Below are positions 1 to 9,951 of a stretch of DNA of 64,000 nucleotides, piece by piece. This stretch comes from Candidatus Zhuqueibacterota bacterium (GTDB lineage: Bacteria; Zhuqueibacterota; Zhuqueibacteria; Thermofontimicrobiales; Thiofontviventaceae), in assembly GCA_036351795.1 (NCBI GenBank), contig JAZBPW010000114.1, positions 647 through 64,646 on the forward strand. The letters run 5' to 3'. The position numbers and the translations under genes are program-made. The notes beneath the pieces were generated by a model that did no database searches, was not told the DNA's origin, and worked only from the letters and a program-made list of their open reading frames with translations. How positions within the stretch are numbered: position 1 is the stretch's first letter; every line of letters starts with the position of its first letter.

Positions 1-118
1 CGGCAGCCGGATCTGCTGCGTTATGGATCACCTGCAGTCTTGCAGTCTGTGCGTCAACTGCAAGGGGGGCAATAAGTATTGCCATAAGGACGAGTAACAC
101 ATTTCTTGACTTTAACAT
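1..118 (-). CDS. Secreted protein, N-terminal fragment (DUF4397-like); continues beyond window start
   Basis: Reverse-strand ATG at 118-116 with GGAGG (rc of 124-128) 5 nt upstream. Hand translation is MLKSRNVLLVLMAILIAPLAVDAQTARLQVIHNAADPAA: a signal peptide followed by a QVIHNxxDPA-type motif. Confidence 0.55.
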   Translation of the reverse strand, partial: MLKSRNVLLVLMAILIAPLAVDAQTARLQVIHNAADPAA

Positions 119-370
119 GACAACCTCCAATTGGAAAATTCGAAGCATTCGCTTTATGAGCGATTCGATCGAAATATACAATTAATGGATTTAAAAGTCA
201 AGCTCTTTTTTATTTAATTTCGCTTAAAACGCTTATTTATTAGGACAATGGCACCCAAAATGGCGTCGAAAAAGACTGATAATAGTCGACTTATCATCAA
301 TTAGACGATTTGATCGTTTTTTTTGAAATTTTATTGAAAAATAACTCTTTCCAGTTTCGCAGAAAAAATA

Positions 371-398
371 TTGCATATTTGGAAATAGTTGTTATATT
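371..398 (+). promoter_or_regulatory. Sigma-70-like promoter candidate (TTGCAT-16-TATATT)
   Basis: Hexamers at 371-376 and 393-398, about 110 nt upstream of the ATG at 507. Sequence match only. Confidence 0.3.
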
Positions 399-506
399 TG
401 ACCAGGGAGGATGATAAGAACGTGGCGATATCATTGTCATTGACGCTGATAACCGGATCTATATCAATGATAAACTGAAACGCCCAATTCATTGAATTCT
501 ACGATT

Positions 507-2111
507 ATGAAATCAACAGGCACACCCTGGAATAAACCCGTTGCAGCCATTATTCTCCTGCTGACAATCGTTCTCAATCCCCATCCTGCTGCGCCCCGGA
601 CAAATGTGCCGGTGAAATATAAATTGCTTGAAACGGGCCAGTTCGCTGCGCAGATATCCAATGACGGCAGGCTCGGATTCACCAGGAATGGTTACGCCGG
701 CATCCTGTATCCCGGGGATACGCCTTCTCCACTGGTCTTCGACCATGGTCTGTGGATATTCGCCATGCGGAACGATACACTCACAGGGGTCGCTCCGTAT
801 TACTATCTTCCCAACTATTCTCCGGGGCCGATTATCCATGGGGAAGCGGCAGCTGTCACTGCTCCGGAAGACACGGCGCTATTCAGGACTTATCAACTGA
901 CGCGTTTCTCCGGACCCGGAGATCTTGATTACGACACATGGCCGTCTCATCTGGGAGCACCTGTAAATCCGGACGGTACGCCACGACTGCACGGCGATGC
1001 GATGCTTTGGACAGTTTATAACGACGCCGACCCCAATTTGCATGGCTTTTTAGAGGACAGTTCAGACATCAAAACAAACACGCAACTGGAGATCCGGGAA
1101 ACCGTATGGGGATATGATTCAAACGATATTTCAGAGGATTTTCTCTTTTTCAAGTGGCAAATCTACAACAAAAGCGAAAGCAGGCTGGACAGTGTGATGA
1201 TATGCCTTTGGAACGATATCGACCTATGGAATGCATCTTACAATCATGTGGCATACGATATCGATAAAGACTTTGGGTATGTCTATTACGATGGATCCGC
1301 ATCGCCACCGGGTGACAGTTTCGCACTATCCGGAGCATACGTCATGATGCAGGGACCGGTTGTGCCATCCTCCGGAGCGACTGCCATGGCTTTTGGTTCT
1401 GAAATGCGCGACATGAAGAATCTGTCCGCGAATGCATTCTGGGGCATCATTGATGACGCATATCCACCTGAAGGATTCGGTGGTTCACCGAAAAAACTGC
1501 AAGATGCCTATCGTTTCATGACAGGCAGGAGACACGATGGTTCACCCATTGTCAATCCCGTGACCGGCGATACAACCGCGCTAACGTTTACGGGTGATCC
1601 ATTGAGCGGAGAGGGATGGTTGATGCAGGGCTCGGGTGGAGGTGCCGGATACATCATCGGGTCAGGTCCAATCACCATGGCGCCAGGCGATTCACAGGAG
1701 GTCATCTTCGCCCTCGCCGGCGCAACCGGCGCGACAAGAGATACAAGTATACTTCGCTTGTTCGATAAAATTGATTCGTTGAAAACGAGATATCCGGAAC
1801 TGCTGAGTCGCAGAACACCTTTCATACAGCTGCCTGAGCACATTCTGCTTTCACAGAACTACCCGAATCCTTTCAATGGAAAAACCATAATTCGGTACGA
1901 ACTTCCACAAGCCGCCCGTGTAAAGCTGACAATCTTCAATATCCTCGGTCAGGAGGTGAATACACTGGTAGACCATGATCAGCCCACAGACTTTTATGCC
2001 ATTGTTTTCAACGCGAATGATCTGGCAAGCGGCGTCTATTTCTATCGCCTCACAGTGGACACCGGTGATGTAAAGACGATTGATATAAATAAAATGCTGC
2101 TCTTGCGATAA
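507..2111 (+). CDS. Secreted protein of unknown function with T9SS-type C-terminal sorting domain
   Basis: ORF-track frame 492..2111, first ATG at 507. It has a hydrophobic N-terminus (VAAIILLLTIVL). The C-terminus LSQNYPNPFNGKTIIRYELP..VKLTIFNILGQEV..NKMLLLR matches the CTD shared by four other ORFs here. Confidence 0.7.
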   Translation: MKSTGTPWNKPVAAIILLLTIVLNPHPAAPRTNVPVKYKLLETGQFAAQISNDGRLGFTRNGYAGILYPGDTPSPLVFDHGLWIFAMRNDTLTGVAPYYYLPNYSPGPIIHGEAAAVTAPEDTALFRTYQLTRFSGPGDLDYDTWPSHLGAPVNPDGTPRLHGDAMLWTVYNDADPNLHGFLEDSSDIKTNTQLEIRETVWGYDSNDISEDFLFFKWQIYNKSESRLDSVMICLWNDIDLWNASYNHVAYDIDKDFGYVYYDGSASPPGDSFALSGAYVMMQGPVVPSSGATAMAFGSEMRDMKNLSANAFWGIIDDAYPPEGFGGSPKKLQDAYRFMTGRRHDGSPIVNPVTGDTTALTFTGDPLSGEGWLMQGSGGGAGYIIGSGPITMAPGDSQEVIFALAGATGATRDTSILRLFDKIDSLKTRYPELLSRRTPFIQLPEHILLSQNYPNPFNGKTIIRYELPQAARVKLTIFNILGQEVNTLVDHDQPTDFYAIVFNANDLASGVYFYRLTVDTGDVKTIDINKMLLLR

Positions 2112-2247
2112 CCGCCTGAGGTTGAGCTTTCTTGCACCATCACTCCGGTAAAAAAGTCTTGTAATTTTGCTGCATTCTGCTTACCTTTATCCTTTTGAAT
2201 TCTACACCCGGAAACGATCAATACCGAATCCAAGGAGATACCGGACT

Positions 2248-4680
2248 ATGTCAAGAACCCGTCTTCCTGTTTCTGTTTCATTCGTATTCCTCGTATCAAT
2301 AGTAATCCCGGTCATGCTCTTTTCCAAAAGCGAAGATAGCACAAAATGGTCGCAGCGATGTATCCCGTTTCCTAAAGAGATGGAAGTCTCCGGATCCATC
2401 GAGCGGACTCTTTCAGACATCACGCTCAATATTCCCGATATCCGTGATCCACGCATGGACACTGCTGTCGACATTCTATCGCTCCATGCCTGGGGTGAAT
2501 CCGGTTTCACAGTGCACCTTTTATTGAGCAGCAATGCCTCCTCGCTCCCCCCGGAACTCGTCTCCCGGCTCAAGAGTCTGCCCAACCGGGATCAGGCGTA
2601 CACGATTCAACCGGTCAGTGAAAATGGCCAGTTCACAGGGCTGATCCTTGCGGGCAACACGCCGCTGGGCCTGCTCTACGCGGCAAGAACACTCAATCAA
2701 CTGCTGTCACCAGAGACATCTTCACACATGCGCCATATTCCAGAGGTCGCCATCATAGACTGGCCCGATCTCGAAGAGCGAGGTGAATGGGGATGGAACC
2801 TTCATCACGACAGATACAGCATCGCCGAAATGAAGATGAACGAGATCGAGGTGCATTCACAGCTTGGATTCAACAGCGACGGTTCTCCCGCAGCTTCGAT
2901 CGACACGGATTTTCTCGCTTCATCGTATCGTATCGGCATTCGCGTGGTCCCGATCATCAAACATCTGGAGCAGCTCGCAAAAACGGGTCTGTTCAAATAT
3001 CATCCCGATGTCGCCGCAGTTTATGAGCCCGGCAAGGAGCTCCCATCGGATTATCAGCCCGCGCTCTGTTTTTCGAAGGACAAAACAGTAGAGTTGATCA
3101 CGGGATGGATGCGTCAGCTTCTGGCGTACGACGATGTGAAAGACATCAATGCCTGGCTGGCAGAAACGCCCGCACCCTGCTTCTGCGATCAATGCGCGGG
3201 TCAAAACTCTTTCCAAATGCAGACCGAGGCGCTGGTAAAAGCCTTCGAAGCAGTGAAAAGCGATGTTCCGGACTCACATCTGCGCATCCTTCTGAGTCAG
3301 GCGAGCTACAACGACAACGAGAGTGTGCTGAAGTCCATTGGTCCGGAGACACGCATCACCTATTATCACGGTCAGAAGACGTACGACAGCTCAACGCGCC
3401 CCATGATCGATTCTCTGCTGACCCGCTTTGCCGCCGACGGTGGCTGGCTGGGCGCCTATCCACAGTTGACCAATTCCTGGCGCACGATTTACCCCTTCAC
3501 CGGCGGTCACTTCATCAAGGCGCGCATGCGAGAATTTGTGAGCAAGGGCATGAAGAGCTTCAGCGGCTATGCCACGCCATCGAACAGCTATTACGATTTC
3601 AACATTGCTGCAGCCGCGGAATGGGCCTGGAACAGCACTGGCCGGACTGTCACTGAATTTGCCAGGGCTTACGCGCTGCGCGTCGGCATGAAGGATCCGG
3701 ATCTGTTCGCCGAATGGGCGGATATCATCGGACGCGTCGGCTGGAAGATCGCGGGCAGCCGTATCGCCGAGACCATGATCTTCGCCGCCAGCGACCAGCA
3801 GTTTGTGGACGGATTTATCGTAGACGGCTCTCTTTTCGGCAGAAATAAGCCGTTGCGATTCGGCGAGGGGATACTGTATGAGTTCGCGGATCAGGATGAT
3901 CTGCAGCAGAGCATCATCAGCGCAAAGGAGGCGTTGGACCTGGCGCGTCAGACAGAAGAGCCGCGAATGGTAACCGAATCACTGGCAGCCCTTCATACGC
4001 TGCGCTACACACGTGCGATGATGGATATCTTCGACTGCCTGTACGGCTCAGGCAATAAAAGCCGGCTTCAGGGATTACTGTTCGACATCGATGCCATCGG
4101 CAGGGATCTGACATCAGCGCTCGTCGACTGGGGCAGCGTGGTCCACCCCGCCGAACGCGAAGCCGTGCACTACCGCTATCGCGATACCGTCGACTTCCCG
4201 GCCAATATCGCTGAAAAGTTTCGGATGCTCGTAAAGGGCATGAATATCTCCGACGCAAGGTCCGAATATCGTTTCGCGCACGTCGACTCCTGGAGCGATG
4301 CGGATTTCGATACGACTTCCGAACTGACACTATGGACGGATGTGACGGAGCACATCCATGGCCAGGGAGAATATGATGTCCGGCTGGAGTTTCTCAGCGG
4401 CGCATCCGGCGTCCAACCGCAATCGGTAACGCTGGTCACCGGTCCGACCCCGTCCAGCACGCTGACGCTTTTCAGCGACAGATGGGAATCCCGGCTGAGC
4501 CGCTACGGCAGGAGCATTGAATACTGGATATCCGTGCCGGCAATGCCGAAGTCGCTGGCGTTTGGTGTGGACAGATTTTACATTGTAACCGAAATATCCG
4601 GCCCGGCAATGGATCTGCCCCCAGACCGCCGAACGACGAATGGCGCGATTTACATACGGAAGTCGTGGAGGGGGAAGTGA
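2248..4680 (+). CDS. Secreted GH20-like (hexosaminidase-type) glycoside-hydrolase candidate
   Basis: ATG at 2248 gives a signal peptide MSRTRLPVSVSFVFLVSIVIPVMLFS. The segment VAIIDWPDLEERGEWGW resembles the GH20-type domain junction. The catalytic pair was not identified, so the function is tentative. Confidence 0.5.
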   Translation: MSRTRLPVSVSFVFLVSIVIPVMLFSKSEDSTKWSQRCIPFPKEMEVSGSIERTLSDITLNIPDIRDPRMDTAVDILSLHAWGESGFTVHLLLSSNASSLPPELVSRLKSLPNRDQAYTIQPVSENGQFTGLILAGNTPLGLLYAARTLNQLLSPETSSHMRHIPEVAIIDWPDLEERGEWGWNLHHDRYSIAEMKMNEIEVHSQLGFNSDGSPAASIDTDFLASSYRIGIRVVPIIKHLEQLAKTGLFKYHPDVAAVYEPGKELPSDYQPALCFSKDKTVELITGWMRQLLAYDDVKDINAWLAETPAPCFCDQCAGQNSFQMQTEALVKAFEAVKSDVPDSHLRILLSQASYNDNESVLKSIGPETRITYYHGQKTYDSSTRPMIDSLLTRFAADGGWLGAYPQLTNSWRTIYPFTGGHFIKARMREFVSKGMKSFSGYATPSNSYYDFNIAAAAEWAWNSTGRTVTEFARAYALRVGMKDPDLFAEWADIIGRVGWKIAGSRIAETMIFAASDQQFVDGFIVDGSLFGRNKPLRFGEGILYEFADQDDLQQSIISAKEALDLARQTEEPRMVTESLAALHTLRYTRAMMDIFDCLYGSGNKSRLQGLLFDIDAIGRDLTSALVDWGSVVHPAEREAVHYRYRDTVDFPANIAEKFRMLVKGMNISDARSEYRFAHVDSWSDADFDTTSELTLWTDVTEHIHGQGEYDVRLEFLSGASGVQPQSVTLVTGPTPSSTLTLFSDRWESRLSRYGRSIEYWISVPAMPKSLAFGVDRFYIVTEISGPAMDLPPDRRTTNGAIYIRKSWRGK

Positions 4681-4699
4681 GGTTGAATGTGGAAGGACA

Positions 4700-4910
4700 A
4701 GTGACATCCCCCCTGTCCCCCCTTCGAAGGGGGGAACCGGTGAAAAACATTTTTTCGGAAAGGGTTGTTCTTTTTCTTCCTACAGCAAATTTTCATCTGT
4801 CATGCCGAGCGGAAGTCGAGGCATGAGCGGTTTAGAAGGATAGCAGCAGATAGCACGAAACGAATTAACCCGCCTGTCATCTCTCGACTCCGATCGAGCT
4901 GGCAGGACAT
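4700..4910. repeat. Cluster of three unrelated hairpin/palindrome units in an intergenic spacer
   Basis: There is a perfect 18-nt palindrome CCCCCCTTCGAAGGGGGG at 4717-4734. A second hairpin is TCATGCC(4800-4806)/GGCATGA(4820-4826). A third is a nested hairpin with CTCGA(4883-4887)/TCGAG(4894-4898) inside CCTG/CAGG. Confidence 0.6.
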
Positions 4911-4927
4911 TCATCTGGAGATCTGAA

Positions 4928-6664
4928 ATGAATAAACGGACAATTTTTCTCATCCTTTTCTCTATTTTCTCGACTATCAGCAAAGCGGAATCAGCCGAAA
5001 CACTCTACTGTTTCGATTTCGGTGGCGCCTTTCAGGACGTCGCACCCGGTTATACACCCGTGTCCCGCGTCTATCACAGCCCGAGATATCTCTGGATCGA
5101 CAATGTCCGCGAAGTGGAACGCATGGATGTGAGTGATCCGCTGAGACGCGACTTCGTCGGCGGGCCGAAAGGTGAGTTCTGGATCGGTCTTGACAACGGC
5201 GACTATCAGGTGGCGGTCATTCTCGGCGATCATCGTGAACCCAAAGGACCGTTTAACGTATATGTCCAGGAGAGCCTCGTCCGCGGTGGCATCACTCTTT
5301 CGGCAGGGGAATTCATTGAATTGACCTTTCCTGCGACTGTCGATGAGCAGCTGTTGAAAGTCACATTCATCGCGAATGACGGCGCGGAGTTCGCGGTCAA
5401 CGCTCTCGTCCTTTCAGGCGATCCAGGTAAAGCCGTCCGTCGAATTTTTGACAATGCACCTCCGGACGACCTGCCCCCGGTGGACGACGTATTCAGAAAG
5501 GGATCAACAGACACGCACACGGCACTGAAGGACATCTGTGAATGGTTCCTGTCGCATCGTCTCCCAAATGGCTTTTTAGGCGATTACGAACCCGGGGCAC
5601 GGTCCACGCAATACTACTGGTACACCACGGCATACCCCATCCGGACTCTGCTGGCCGGCTACGAAATTTTTAATGAACAACGCTATCTCGATGCTGTGGT
5701 CGGTATCATGGACGATCTGGTGGATGAACAGCTTCCCAACGGCGCCTGGCAGCAGATATTCAGGAACAAGGCGGCAAAAGACCTCACATCCGAAGAGCTC
5801 GATCATATCTATAAAAACGAATGGATGAATCTCGCGGATATCGGCAGCATTGCAACGGCTCTCGGGATCGCGGCGCATTACGCGGGACCGGAACGCAAAG
5901 CGCGATACGTGAACGCATTGAAACGCTTTTGCGAAGAGTGGGCGCTGCAATGGCAGAAGCCATCCGGTGGATTTACCAACGGTATGGAGAACGGCGAACC
6001 CAGGACAAAGATCTACAGCACGGCAACGGCCACAGAGGCTGCCGCTTTCACAGCGCTATACGCCAATACCGGAGATAGAAAACATCTGGAGGTGGCCGAA
6101 CGCGCCGCGCGATTCATGACGGAAAAATGGAATGAAGATGGGCGACCTGTGTGGCATTTTCATTATACATCCAAGGAGGGTTATATTCTCGACATGCCGA
6201 TACAATATTTCGGCGCAGCCTTCTACTACACCGACGGACTCTTCATGGTGTATCATCACACTGAAGATGAAGCGCTGCGAACGCGCATCCAGGAGGTCTA
6301 CTCCTGGTACATCAACGGCCAGGAGGGTCTGCTCGCGCATCTCGGGCAGGACTCATGGTGGGGACTGCAGGACGCGTGGAACAATTCGAAAACCGCGGGC
6401 ATACCACTGGCATGCATCAATTATCAGAGAATGACCGAGGATCACGCGGTGAACAGGTTTGTCTCTCTGGCCAAACGATTTCTCTGCACACCTGAATTTT
6501 CACAAAGACTGGGTATCATGGTCGAGGATGCGGATCTTCCATGGGGAGGGCATAGTCTGCAATCCTGGGCGGCGTGTTCGGTTTCCGCAACCGGTTTCGC
6601 GGGACTCTCCATTGCTGAGATGATCCGGCCCGGCATCATTTATATAAAGGCAACGGCGGAGTAG
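4928..6664 (+). CDS. Secreted protein: N-terminal beta-sandwich-like region plus prenyltransferase/squalene-oxidase-like alpha/alpha-toroid repeats
   Basis: Signal peptide MNKRTIFLILFSIFSTISKAES. Repeat-like motifs LPNGAWQQ and QKPSGGFTNG are typical of alpha/alpha-toroid repeat proteins. No catalytic assignment is possible. Confidence 0.55.
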   Translation: MNKRTIFLILFSIFSTISKAESAETLYCFDFGGAFQDVAPGYTPVSRVYHSPRYLWIDNVREVERMDVSDPLRRDFVGGPKGEFWIGLDNGDYQVAVILGDHREPKGPFNVYVQESLVRGGITLSAGEFIELTFPATVDEQLLKVTFIANDGAEFAVNALVLSGDPGKAVRRIFDNAPPDDLPPVDDVFRKGSTDTHTALKDICEWFLSHRLPNGFLGDYEPGARSTQYYWYTTAYPIRTLLAGYEIFNEQRYLDAVVGIMDDLVDEQLPNGAWQQIFRNKAAKDLTSEELDHIYKNEWMNLADIGSIATALGIAAHYAGPERKARYVNALKRFCEEWALQWQKPSGGFTNGMENGEPRTKIYSTATATEAAAFTALYANTGDRKHLEVAERAARFMTEKWNEDGRPVWHFHYTSKEGYILDMPIQYFGAAFYYTDGLFMVYHHTEDEALRTRIQEVYSWYINGQEGLLAHLGQDSWWGLQDAWNNSKTAGIPLACINYQRMTEDHAVNRFVSLAKRFLCTPEFSQRLGIMVEDADLPWGGHSLQSWAACSVSATGFAGLSIAEMIRPGIIYIKATAE

Positions 6665-6668
6665 CAAT

Positions 6669-8240
6669 TTGGATATCAGAAGCGCGCTTCAGCCGCTGGA
6701 TGCGGTAGTCATCATCATCTACATCATCTGTCTCATCGGACTCGGTTTCTGGATCAGCTTTCGAAGAAAGGAGAGCAGCGACCTCTTCCTCGCGGGAAGG
6801 GATCTCGGCTGGCCGAACATCGGTTTTTCCATTTTCGGCACCAACATCTCCCCCTCCATGATGCTGGCCGCCTGTTCCGTTGCCTATACATCCGGCATCG
6901 TGGCCGCCAATTTCGAATGGCTGGCGTGGTGGTTCCTGATGCTTCTCGCCATGGTCTTCATCCCCCACTATCTCGGTACGAGGATCAGCACCATGCCGGA
7001 ATTCATGGAGAGGCGCTTCGACGGAAGATGCCGGTCATTTCTCTCCTGGTACGCGCTGTTCACCACCATCATCCTGTGGCTAGGCGGCGCGCTCTATTCC
7101 GGAGGGCTGCTTCTGGTTCAGATCACTGGCTGGGATTTATGGCTCTGTCTCACGATCCTTGTCGCCATCGCCACGAGCTTCACAATCACCGGAGGTCTGG
7201 CAGCGGTGGTCTATACAGACACCTTTCAATCCGTGCTCATGATCATCGCCTCAACAGCATTGACCATCATCGCATATATCAAAACCGGAGGAATCTATAA
7301 GATCATTCAGAGCGTCCCTTCTGATTACTGGCAGCTGTTCCGTCCGGCAAGCAACAGCACATTTCCATGGCCGGCCATCGTGCTCGGTTACCCGGTGCTG
7401 GGGATCTGGTTCTGGTGCACGGATCAGACCATCGTGCAACGCGTACTAGGCGCCCGTGACACGCGTCAGGGACAGCTGGGCGCGGTCTTCGCCGGCTTTC
7501 TGAAGATACTCGTGCCGTTCATATTCTTCATGCCCGGGATATTCTGTTTCATTCTCTATCCCAATCTCGAAAATCCGGACAGCGCCTATACGATGCTGAT
7601 GACGAACCTCCTGCCCACTGGTCTTGTGGGACTCATCGTGGCTGTGCTGATAGCGGCGCTGATCAGTACCATCGATTCCGCGCTGAATTCGTTCAGTACG
7701 ATTTTCACGCTGGATATCTATTGCGACAAATTCAGGCCCGGGGCACAGACGAAGGAGATCCGGCTGGTGGGTCGGATCATGACGCTGATTATCGCCGTGG
7801 TCTCCATTTTCATCGCGCTATCCATGGAGTCCGTGGGCCGGGACCTGTTCAACCTGCTGCAGGGTATCATCGCCTTTTTCGCGCCGCCCATGTCCGCCGT
7901 ATTTCTCATCGGTGTGCTCTGGCGCAGGGCCACGTCCAAAGCGGCTCTTTATACGCTGATTTTTGGCTCTGCCATGAGTCTTTCCATCGGTTTTTGTCAG
8001 TTCAACAACTGGCCCTCCGAAACTTTCTGGCCGCATTACATGCTGCTTTCGTTTTATCTGTTCGCCGCATTGTCGGCTTTCATGATCGTTGTCTCACTGG
8101 TCACACAAAAGGGATCCGAGCCATCGACGCTGCCGACACTCAGAGAAACCTATGCAGGATCAAAAGGAAGCACAGCCATTTGGGTATTGTGGGGCGTACT
8201 GGCGATGATCATGTTTTCTATCTATCTGATATTTAATTAA
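6669..8240 (+). CDS. Sodium:solute symporter family (SSF) transporter
   Basis: 523 aa, polytopic throughout, with SSF-like blocks (FLAGRDLGW, TDQTIVQRVLGAR). TTG start 5 nt after the upstream stop. Confidence 0.85.
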   Translation: MDIRSALQPLDAVVIIIYIICLIGLGFWISFRRKESSDLFLAGRDLGWPNIGFSIFGTNISPSMMLAACSVAYTSGIVAANFEWLAWWFLMLLAMVFIPHYLGTRISTMPEFMERRFDGRCRSFLSWYALFTTIILWLGGALYSGGLLLVQITGWDLWLCLTILVAIATSFTITGGLAAVVYTDTFQSVLMIIASTALTIIAYIKTGGIYKIIQSVPSDYWQLFRPASNSTFPWPAIVLGYPVLGIWFWCTDQTIVQRVLGARDTRQGQLGAVFAGFLKILVPFIFFMPGIFCFILYPNLENPDSAYTMLMTNLLPTGLVGLIVAVLIAALISTIDSALNSFSTIFTLDIYCDKFRPGAQTKEIRLVGRIMTLIIAVVSIFIALSMESVGRDLFNLLQGIIAFFAPPMSAVFLIGVLWRRATSKAALYTLIFGSAMSLSIGFCQFNNWPSETFWPHYMLLSFYLFAALSAFMIVVSLVTQKGSEPSTLPTLRETYAGSKGSTAIWVLWGVLAMIMFSIYLIFN

Positions 8241-8301
8241 ACTGTGACGAGAGTATTAAGAGAATACTATGATGTTTCATTTAACAATCGGGGATCGTTC
8301 A

Positions 8302-9942
8302 ATGAGAAAGAAAATATTGACCGCGCTTTCACTCATTCTTCTCATCTTCACCATAGTCACATGCCATAAAGGTGAGAAGGTACAAGACGCTTCATACCGT
8401 TTCATCTACAACAATGACGGCACGGAGATCCTCGGCAATCGCTGGCATGGTTTCCGGCCGCTCACCATCGAAGATGTACACTCCTACGTGGATGTTGTCG
8501 CCAATACGGGCATCACAACTTACATGATCTGTTCCGGCTCCATGCTTGTTTACTATGAATCCGAATACGAACGACCGCTGGGACTGCCACGTCCGGGTTC
8601 CGGAATAGAGGCGTGCAATAACGAGCATTACAGAGAAAACATACCCCGGTACGGCCGCAACTATCTCCGCCTGCGCAAAGAGGGGACGGATATCATCGAA
8701 TTGTGCGTCAACAGGGCGAAGGAGAAAGGGCTCGAAGCATTCATCACCATGCGCATGAACGACCTGCACTTCACGGATCCGGCGCTCTATTGTACCGCGG
8801 CGCAGAGCGACATCTGGCTGGACCATCCGGAATGGCGCATGGGGAATCATCCTGGCTGGCATGCCGATGGCGCGCTCAACTACGCCCATCAGGGTGTGCG
8901 CGACTACAGGCTTAACCTTATCCGCGAGCAATGCGAGTCATACGACATCGATGGCATGGAACTCGACTTCATGCGCTTCATCGTCTACTTTCCGTACAGG
9001 CAGGGCCGGGATTATCTTGATCTCATGACAAATTTCATGCGTCAGGCGAAACAGATCGTCGATCAGGCCGGTGAGCTAAGGGGGCGCCCCATGCTGCTTG
9101 CGGTTCGTGTTCCGGCGCAGTATGAGCTGTGCATTGACAAGGGACTCGATGTATCCCGCTGGTCAGATGAAGGCCTTATCGACATGATCACGGTCAGCGC
9201 GCACTGGATCGGCGATCCCGCGCTGCCGATACGGCATTTCAAATCACAGTTGAATGCGGATCATATTCCGGTCTACGCCAGTCTCGAAAGCGGTCAGTAC
9301 TACCCGAGGGAGGACCGCTCGCACGGCATTTACCGCGGAGCAGCATCGCATTGTCTGCATCAGGGAGCGGACGGCATTTACCTGTTCAACTATTTCCTGT
9401 CTGAATTCACGGGAGTAGATTATCAGCCGGCAAAGCCTTCAAACGGCCTTTCTTATACGAACATACGGGACACACACCTTCTTTCAGAGCTTGGAAGACT
9501 GGAGAACATGTCAGGAAGGAACAAGGTCTTCTCCCTTTCAGATGGCATTTCCGAATATGAATATACACCTGACACACCATTGCCGGTCTCGCTCTATTCC
9601 TGGAATCAAGTGGAACTGCACATGGAGGTGGGCGATGATCTCTCCACTGAAAAGCCGGCAAACGTCTATCTGTTCCTGCGAACGCGTAAAGACGCGGCAT
9701 TGAAGATCAGCTGTAACGGCACAGCGACTTCCGATGCATCGCCATGTCTTTCCCATGAATTCGGCAGAGACATGAACCTGGGAGCAGACGACACCGTGAT
9801 CGTCCGAAAAGTACCGGTCGATGCACTGAGACAGGGCGGCAACGTGATAGCTATCCGTTCCTATGATCCTGTGCCCGCGGTACTAAATCGGCTGGAACTG
9901 GCGCTGCAATACGGTCCGGTTGAGGAAAAGGGGTGTTTTTAA
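8302..9942 (+). CDS. Lipoprotein, TIM-barrel glycoside-hydrolase-like (family uncertain)
   Basis: ATG at 8302 gives MRKKILTALSLILLIFTIVTC, a lipobox-like sequence. The YDIDGMELDFMRF block resembles GH-like TIM-barrel proteins. Confidence 0.55.
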   Translation: MRKKILTALSLILLIFTIVTCHKGEKVQDASYRFIYNNDGTEILGNRWHGFRPLTIEDVHSYVDVVANTGITTYMICSGSMLVYYESEYERPLGLPRPGSGIEACNNEHYRENIPRYGRNYLRLRKEGTDIIELCVNRAKEKGLEAFITMRMNDLHFTDPALYCTAAQSDIWLDHPEWRMGNHPGWHADGALNYAHQGVRDYRLNLIREQCESYDIDGMELDFMRFIVYFPYRQGRDYLDLMTNFMRQAKQIVDQAGELRGRPMLLAVRVPAQYELCIDKGLDVSRWSDEGLIDMITVSAHWIGDPALPIRHFKSQLNADHIPVYASLESGQYYPREDRSHGIYRGAASHCLHQGADGIYLFNYFLSEFTGVDYQPAKPSNGLSYTNIRDTHLLSELGRLENMSGRNKVFSLSDGISEYEYTPDTPLPVSLYSWNQVELHMEVGDDLSTEKPANVYLFLRTRKDAALKISCNGTATSDASPCLSHEFGRDMNLGADDTVIVRKVPVDALRQGGNVIAIRSYDPVPAVLNRLELALQYGPVEEKGCF

Positions 9943-9951
9943 GATACTATT

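Noticed and set aside
4640-4843. 67-aa + strand ORF (..IPPVPPSKGGTGE..) after the GH20-like gene
   Set aside because: It is the translation of the 18-nt G/C palindrome and neighbouring hairpin units, so it is a repeat-derived pseudo-ORF.
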